In this document: piece by piece, positions 53,001 through 62,000 of the stretch | How the letters are laid out: the number at the start of each line of letters is the position of its first letter | Numbering within the stretch: position 1 is the first letter of the stretch | From: Asterias rubens | Lineage: Eukaryota | Assembly (NCBI RefSeq): GCF_902459465.1 | Contig: NC_047068.1 | Span: forward strand, 18,662,001 to 18,726,000 | Reading direction: 5' to 3' | DNA length: 64,000 nt | Position numbers and translations under genes: made by a program | The notes under the pieces: model-generated | Told to the model about the DNA's origin: nothing | Seen by the model: the letters and a program-made list of their open reading frames with translations, nothing else | Databases searched by the model: none

Positions 53001-56000
53001 CCCTGGCGTGTTTAGACTCCCTGTCAACAAGGAAACTGTACAATGCATATTTGTAGAATACATGGGTTGAGGGTACCCTGGGGCTGGGCTGGGCTGGGGG
53101 GGGGGGGTTGGACTAGGAGGTTGAACCAGCTGCTCTGCTGGGTTTTTCTTGATGCAAGAGATGTAAGATATAGAGAGGTATGACCTTTTCGTTGTCTGAG
53201 GCTGTAGAGAATTGAGGAAGATTGTTGGTTCTGTTTCGGCATTGATTACATGGCCCAAATTCATAGAGTTGCTGGATACAGGTGCTTCAGCACTGTAGCT
53301 TAGCATAACAAAAGTATGCTTACCAGAATAGGTTAACCAGCTAAACTACCATACATTTGACATGATGGTTTAGCAGGTAAACCTATTCTGGTAAGCATAC
53401 TTTTTGTTATGCTAAGCTAATTTTTAAAAGTGCTGAAGCAACTCTATGAAATTGGGCCCAGATCTCTACACGACTTGGATGGGATAGGGACTGGTTTAAA
53501 GTGAATTTATACCTTTGGTTTTTTGAACTTTTTGATTTTTTTAATCCTATACAAAAACAAAATAAAGGGCCTACATGTATACAATAAAACTAACCCGAGA
53601 AAATTTGATTTTCAGTCCCTTCCAGATTATATGGGATTTCCTCAAACATCTACAACTTAACCCTTCATAGACTTGGCAACATGTACAACTGTTTCTTCAG
53701 GCCTAGTTACGTAAACAGCTAGTGACCAGTCACTTTTAAAGGTGCCTTTGTTTCATTTTTTTCTTCAATTTTTGCACTCCTTGGGCAAAGTTACGGAGTA
53801 CAGAGGACAGCACTTGAACTCTTTTGTTAGAAGAGCAACCTGAGAAGCACATAGTAAGGGGATCACCTTAAGGGACTGCGACTCTTTCTTGTTCAATTCT
53901 TAATTGATGTAGGAAGTCTGTTCTACAATCAAGGAGCTGCTGGTACATATGCTCTGTCTCCTCAGGATCGGTTCGATTTTGGGGCAAACCAGAGAAAAAA
54001 CAATCGTTGGATGACCGAAGACTCGTGGAAGATGTCGCGTGGGTGTTTAGTGAGAGAAGTGATGGACTGCGGAGTTCTTCAACCCTGTATGCTAGGCACT
54101 ATTCTACGCGCTTTTTCGACAGACTAAAGACTTTAAAGAAATGGTGTAATTAATGAGAAAATTTCCATGAAATTGTTACAAGATGGTCAACACCCTAGGA
54201 ATAGCTTTAAGGCAAAGTAAACATTTTGTTTTAGGAACTATCTTATCAATTTTAATGTAGATGTACACAATAATCGTCTGAAAATGTTGTTTCAAAAGGT
54301 GGTCGCGTTTTTTTAGATATCGCTGACAATCTTGAGCATATTTCATATAACCGCAAAGAATTAAGGGGGGTATAAAAACTGGTGTCTCTCTACACAACTG
54401 CATGAAAGTGAAATGTTTATCAAAATGCTTTATACTATCCAAAGCTGCTGTGTGCTTCTAATCAAAGGTTCTTATTGCCATTCATTTTAAGAGTGATTAC
54501 CAAACAACGAACTTCCCTTTAAAAAAAATGATGTAATGAGAACATTTCCACGTATTGATAACCAGACGGTCAATACCTCAGTATTACCTTAAATGTTTAG
54601 GAAAATATTATAATTTAACAAAACAAAATTTACGCAGGTAAACTCCAAGGTTGACACACACACACACTCCCTGTACATCCCTAACCTGAGCCTGTAGACC
54701 AGATGACAGACATAATCAATGACTCAGAAGGACACAGACATTGACAAAAAGAGAAAACTGGTCTTAATTTAATTAGCTGATCGACAAACTGTCAATTAGA
54801 AACTCTTTATCACCAGAGATACAAGCTCTATCGCAAGTTTATAAATGCCATCACTTTGGTCAGTGAATATCCCTTGGTGTTGGAAATGTATCCTACATAA
54901 AGTCATCAAGTTTTCTGTAATGACCTCTCTTATTGCAACGTCACAGCCCAAGTTTTTGCCAACCTAGGTTGGAAAACTATGGAAAGCCATTAACACAAAT
55001 CAAAAACAGATAGTTTGTAGAAATGTTAAAGGCAGTGGACACTATTGGTAATTACTCAAAACAATAATTAGCACGAAACCTTACTTGGTAACAAGTAATG
55101 ATGAGAGGTTGGTAGTATAAAACATTGTGAGATACGGCTCCCTCTGAAGTGGAGTAGTTTTCGAGAAAGAAGTAATTTTCCACGAATTTGATTTCTCGAA
55201 ATCAACATCTAAACGCACACAACTTCGTGTGACAAGGGTGTTTTTTCTTTCATTATTATCTCGCAACTTCGACGACCAATTGAGCTCAAATTTTCACAGG
55301 TTTGTTATTTCATGCATATGTTAAGATACACCAAGTGAGAAGACTGGTCTTTGACAATTACCAATAGTGTCCATTGTCTTTAAAACAAAAACATGTTGAA
55401 TTTTGAAACATTACTTCAAAGGGGTTTCCACAACTAGGGGAAAGTTCGAGCAGTGACAATTTGTCAACCACTGGTCAATATTCCATGGTAACCTATACAT
55501 TCAATACATCCTGGGTGCTAGGGAAAATGGTCCACAATAGTCTACTATAAGTCCCTCGCTCAAACTAGCTCACATTGATCTGTACATTCCAAATAAGAAT
55601 TTTTTAACCATTTTTTTTACAATTTCACAATTAATGCCAATTTTATTGAATATCCTTGAAATTCAGAAATGGAAAAAAAAAAAAAAACCTTCCAGTTCAA
55701 AAACAAAAAGATCCATATAATTTAAATGTGACCTCTACAATGTTTGGGATGTTAAAAGAAAATTTTACTGGATGGAATTTCACACAATTAGTGTGAGGTA
55801 AGAGACTTTTGTTTTTCCCCCACTTTCATAAGGACCCATTTTCTGACAAATGAGTGCAACACAAAACTGAATTCAACCTTGGAGCCCCTCTTTAAAATAA
55901 ACTATCCATAAATATGTACTTGTTTATGTAAATTAACCCTACCTTCCGGAGCTATGGTGGATAAGTATTCTGCATGCATAATGTTAGTTTCCCTCAAGAT

Positions 56001-59000
56001 TCCCTCAAGTACTAGTCTGTCTAGTACTTACAGATTTATGTCAAGTAGTTTTTATAGTGTGATTTACCTGTGCAGGAACAATGATCGTAAGATTTACTAT
56101 ACCAGGGCCCAATTTCATAGAGCTGCTTAAATGGCCGATTTTGTGCTTACTGTTGGGTTCCCATTTCATAGTGCTGCTTACCATAAGCACACGCAAAGTC
56201 ATTCTAACCTTCCAGCGCTAAAAAAAATGGATGATGTTACAATCAAATCCAAATGGTGAATGTGTAAGATGGCTGCTTAATTTTCTTGCTAACCTGTGAA
56301 ATACGCTTACACCTCAGCAAACTTTCCTGCTACAGTAAGCAAGAAAATTTGCTTACGGTAAGCAGGGCTATGAAGTTGGGCCCTAAACATGGGAATGCTT
56401 AACATTGTTTAAAAAAGGTATACGATTGGTAATCACACTTGAAAGCTATGGCAATAACAACTTATTTGGCTACATACAGCAACTTTTGAGAAACATTTCA
56501 CTTCAAAGTAATGCAGTTATGTCAAAATGTATTAGTTCTTATGCCCCCAAATTTGAAGAATTTGAGAAATGAGTCTAGTTTTTGAAAGATGAGTAAAACA
56601 ATTAATGTTGATCTCACAGGTCCGAAAAGTGATGTTTGAAGACAGTAAAACTAGGGTTTTGCACTATTTTGTGACTCAACAAATGTATATTACCAATTGA
56701 GCTTACATTTTTGAGGTTTGTTTTTTCTAGTTTGGTCAGAGTATGGATACTGGTCTATGAATACAAAATACCTTCGAAGCAGCAAATAATAACAATAAAA
56801 TTGTGACACATTCTAAATAACTTATCGACTCAGGGAAGGATTTTGTCCAGCGAAATCCTTTGCATAGCAAAACATTTTGCAGGAATTTATTTTGTGCACA
56901 CTGAATGACATGCCTGAGTAGCAAAAGGTGATTTTTGAGTAGTAACTGATACACTTTGTGTAGCATTTTGCTCTGCTGTACAAGGGAAAACATAAGCTGC
57001 TTCTATGCCACCGTGCGTGTGGGTAATTCATAAAGAAATATACAACATCTATGAGCATATTTGTAGGTATGCACATGTCAGTAGGTTTATTTGTACATCT
57101 TGTAAAAACTAAATCTTGTTGCTCTACCTGTCCTCTTGGAAATTAATCTCTCAAATATAGAGGACCCATCATCGAGTCTGTCAAATTCTTCCAAGTGAAC
57201 ATTTTCATTTTTCAAAGTATACTTGTCCAATGAAGGATGCAGGGCATCAAAACAAACTAGACTCAGAAAAAACAAAAAAAAAGAACTTCCATCAAAGCTT
57301 CACCCCGACTTCTGAGGCGAAAAATGTTTTCATCCGTCAAAACTAATTTCCGGAAACTCTGAACAAAACGGGTAGAGGCCGTGATGTTTATGACGCTATT
57401 ACATGCACTTGACAGGTTCCCTTTACCTCTCTGGCAGAGAACTGCTTCAGGGACTGCAGTCCGCTGAACCGTGTGATACAGTTGAATGGCAACGGTCAGC
57501 ACAATACGGTCACTGGTCAATTATTAATAACAAGCATTCATATCATACTGTTTCGTACAGATATGTTTCAAATTCTTAATTGGAATTTCGCTGGAAGTAC
57601 AAAATACCATGTAAAAGCATATTGAATTGCGGTTTTGAATTTCCTTGTGTTGGAGTTTAACCACTTGAAAGTGTTGCATCTGAAGTGTTGATGTAGTGTG
57701 TGGGATACAATGTATGTATGTACCTTATAAAGGAATTAAAACATTTCGTAGCAAATTTATTCTTTATCTGACAATGCAAATCTACATGTACATGTATGCA
57801 TGGTTAGTGTACAAATGTCAGGCATATTATTTGGTCCTTGGGAAAAGTAGGACAATTTTATTTATTACAAGGGCCGTCCTACATGTACACATGGTGTAGG
57901 CTTTAAAAGACTTTTCAGGCTAAACAATGTAGGGACTTGAAACACTTTGTGGACCTGCATATGTCCACACAGTTTTATTTACAGTGCGTGGTTGTATTGT
58001 ATGTGTGTGTTATTTAGTTAGTCTTTGAGAAAAGACTGTGCTAGGGTCGAAATGTCTGGTCATCAGCATTTTGTTCCTTTTATACCACAGGTTGGTAAGC
58101 AGTTTGCTACGTTAGCTCATTATCTTTTTTTCCAGCATGTGATTATATTCTGGGTCGAAACGTCAGGCTACCAGTAATATTTACATTTATATCATTGGCT
58201 TGCTATGTCAGCTAATTCTATTTTGTCAAGACTAATACTCCTTTACAAAGTTGACTTTTCACTATGTCTAGAATACAGAAGTCTGTAAGATGGAAATTTC
58301 CACAATTTTATGAGGAACTACAATTTTTCAAATGCATTAAATCACACAAAGGAAGCTCCCATCAACAAATAGCATGATCATCAAAATTACAACGAGACGC
58401 GATTGAAATCAAACTGAATAGGTCCATTACTAGCATGTCGAGAGTGGAGATGTTTCCTGAACTGAGTGAATCACACAACGACAGTGGCTATAAGTACCCC
58501 ATCACTGGGCCAACTCAATTTGTGCTGTTGTATTTGTGACGCAATTACAAGGTTTCTGTAATTAAGGAATTCATTTAAGCCTCGCTACTGCTGCTAAAAG
58601 TCTATTCCACTCTGGGGCATTGAGAGAATTGAATCTTTGATGTGATTCATTCGGGAAGTTTCCTGAAATGTACACCCCCCCCCCTCCAACCAGGGTGATA
58701 AAATAAAGAGTGATTGATCTAAAATGTATATCACTAATGAACAATAAACCAATCCCATTGAGGCAACAAAAAGTGAGGACGCCATACGATATCACTCGAC
58801 AAATGAAACTTCTATATATTTTTGATTGTCAATACAGCCACTACATTTTTCGAACCCACACCCTTCTAATTTAACCACTCAAACTTAACTTGAGGTGCCT
58901 GCACTTAACAGTTCGTCCACAATACGCCAGAGCATGTGCTTTAATTTTCTCCCAAGAAAAACACTGTTTTAATAATAAACAGTATGCAGTGCTTTACCCA

Positions 59001-62000
59001 CGCTGTTTAGGGGTAAAATTAAATTGTTTCATTAGGAAACAGTATTAAAGGCAAAATATACTTTTGTTTTTGTTAACCATTTGATTTGTTTAATCAGATG
59101 TAGATGTGCACAATCAAACAACCATCTAAACATTGTATTTTATAAGGGATTGCCGATTGCGTTTTTGAGATTGCCGAAAAAAACCGCAGCAGTTTTGTCC
59201 ACCCAGGAAGAATAATCCATAATTGGAATACACCATCGAAGTTACATCTTTCTCTAACCTTCGAGAAAGACTCTACTTGGGTCAAAACATCAGGTCATTA
59301 ACTATTTTGTGCACTTTTCTAAAAAGAGTTAGGCCTACTACCTCTTAGAGAAGCAGAATTCATGTCAAGAGCACCTAGACACTTCAAGACAAGCAGCACT
59401 GTAAGTAATTAACTTCAGTTTGTCTCAAGTAATTTCCTCTCCCAGCACGGCGGCAAAGTCCCCCTCCTGATGGTGCCCTAAATATCGCAGCTTGGGTTGC
59501 ACGCTTCACACCAGCTAATTATCTCAATACTTCAACTCTCATAGCTATCTGTCACTGTTAAAATTATCACAGAACAACGCGGCCGTTGGTTGTAGCGGTG
59601 GAGCGTGCTGTCTGAGCAGTTAAAAGACGATTCGAAGAAACCGTATCAGACTTCTTTTCTATCAGACATCTTTTCTATCATCCAATTTTGAGGATGTCCT
59701 CGGGCAAGAAGATAATTGGCTCTCTGAGGACCCAGTTTGATGAGATCAGAACTTTACAAAAATCTGATCAGTGAAATTATTTTTTATTCCGCAAAGAGCT
59801 TCTCATGAAAACCAAACCAAACCGCTGGGAGAAGAGACACACTTTAAGAGTATGAATATTCTGCTTTCAGATGATTGTTTTTCTATCACAATTTGATGTT
59901 TGGGTAAAAGGCCAAACATCGAAGAAGAGGTCAGATCTTGTTTGTAAATTTTACTCAATATATTTTCCAAGAACTAAATATAATTCCTGTTTACCAATAT
60001 TTCATGGAATGCTATTTTTAAATGATATAACCTAAAGAGACAATGTCTTCACATCATTGTGCATGAAACCATGCACTCCTCTACGTGACAATTCCACTGA
60101 TAAAGGGGATTTGCTGGAAGCCAGTAAGAACAGAGACTAAAATGGTCAAGATGTTGTTGTACGTGTAGGGTTTTTGTAACAGTACCGGCTGTCTTTCAAT
60201 GGTTCATGCACGTGTGGGTATATGAAGAGTCGATAGTCAAGCAGTAAAAAGCAACATTGTCTCTCACTATTTGTCTCTTTTTTGGTCTCATGAAAGAAGT
60301 CAATGTTTCACCATTAAAGGCACTGGACATTATTGGTAATTTACCCTCAAATGATAGTTAGCATAAAAAACTTACTTGGTCACAGCAATGGAGAGCTGTT
60401 GAAAGTATAAAACATTGTTAGAAACAGCTCCCTCTGAAGTAACGTAATTTTTGAGAAAGAAGTAGTTTCTCAGTACAATATTTGAATTGAATTCAAGACC
60501 TCAGCTGAGGTCATGAAGTCAAGCATCTGAAAGCACACAACTTGTGCGACAAGGGTGTTTTTTCTTCCATAATATTCTCTCAACGACCAATTGAGTTCAA
60601 ATTTTCACAGGTTTGTTATTTTATGCATATGTTGAGATTGACGAAGTGAGAAGACCGGTCTTTGACAATTACCAAAGTTGTCCAGTGCCTTTAAAATTGC
60701 TATGTCAGATTTTTTGGCCCCAACATTTAAGAATAGATTTATTTGAGTGAATGGTATTTCAAAGAGTATCACCCCCTCTAACGAAAAAAAGTTTAAGTTT
60801 TACTTTTAATGGTCAGGAACCATGACAAAAATTTAAAACGTTTTTTATAAAACACATAAGAATTGGTCACGTGATATATTGTCGGGATCCTGACAAAAAC
60901 TAATTTTAAGCACTTTATTTCACTGCTACTAATAATTGGCGGACTTTTTCGAGCAATGGCTCAAATGAAAGCTTGTAACTTTCTCGACCCCCATCAAAAT
61001 ACATATTGAATTTTAAATCAAAATTTTTGGGTCAAATCGGCCAAAAATCTGACATAGCATCTTTAAATAGAAGCGAGAAAGTTGTTTGTGTTTACAAAAT
61101 TGCATTATTTTTGTTAATACCCAACATATTGCACCGGGCTTTTTAGAGCTGTAATGAAACCCCAGATTCATACTTTAGATGGGATTCAAACCCATGAACC
61201 CTGCCATTTTAGAGCAGATGTCTTACCACTAGACCACCAAGCATGCCTGGTGCCAAGAGGCCAATAATGTCAACGAGTACAGTGGATCTTAGACCAAGAG
61301 ATGTTATTCTAATAAAAGTTTGGACATCTACAATTCTCTTGATTCGTTTAACTCATTACAGACATTTATGAAAATGAATCATGTCAACGGGCACAGTGCA
61401 TCTTAGACCAAGAGACCTTACCCTAATAAAACTTTGGATTTCTACAAATCTCTTGATTCTTTAAACTCATTGACAGACATTTATGAAAATTAATACCATA
61501 AACTTAATAACCAATCAGCTTTAAACATGGTTGGTCTGGTATTAGTCTTACAAAAACCAAGGGCTACAAAGGCGACAGGATTTGTTTTTATCTCTAAAAC
61601 TTCCTTCTAAATGAGATAAATTAATTTATATTTTGAGCTTCTTATTTCAACATGGGACAGGCAGACGCTCTGGTATTTTGATTGCAAAGCTGCCCACTCA
61701 AGCGGAACGGGACATCAAGGCAATGTGTACTGATCCGAATTGTCAGATAACATTTTGCTAAGGTAGAACAAAAGCACCCTGGGGTGTTCTGATACATGGA
61801 GTGGGTTCTAAAAACAAAAAACATGTCAACATATTTACTAGAAACTGTTTTTATTGCTCCTGGTGATGTTTCTATCTTGAGATGTGGATAGGATGCGGAG
61901 TAAACGATGCCAGGGGCTAAATGTATTCGCTTGGGTGACTCCACATCATTAGAGTTTGCTACCAGTATACCATGGCATAGAGCAAGGAACCATAGAGAGA

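Noticed and set aside
54176-54442. 88-aa minus-strand ORF
   Set aside because: It overlaps sequence resembling a MITE-type fragment also seen near 59095, so it is likely a chance ORF
56736-57520. Cluster of minus-strand ORFs (62-85 aa) that might be extra XYLT exons or a nested gene
   Set aside because: XYLT exons 63436 and 48605 already join seamlessly; no recognisable motifs; frames break at T runs
61642-61944. 100-aa minus-strand ORF
   Set aside because: GTG start, no recognisable domain and no convincing splice pair
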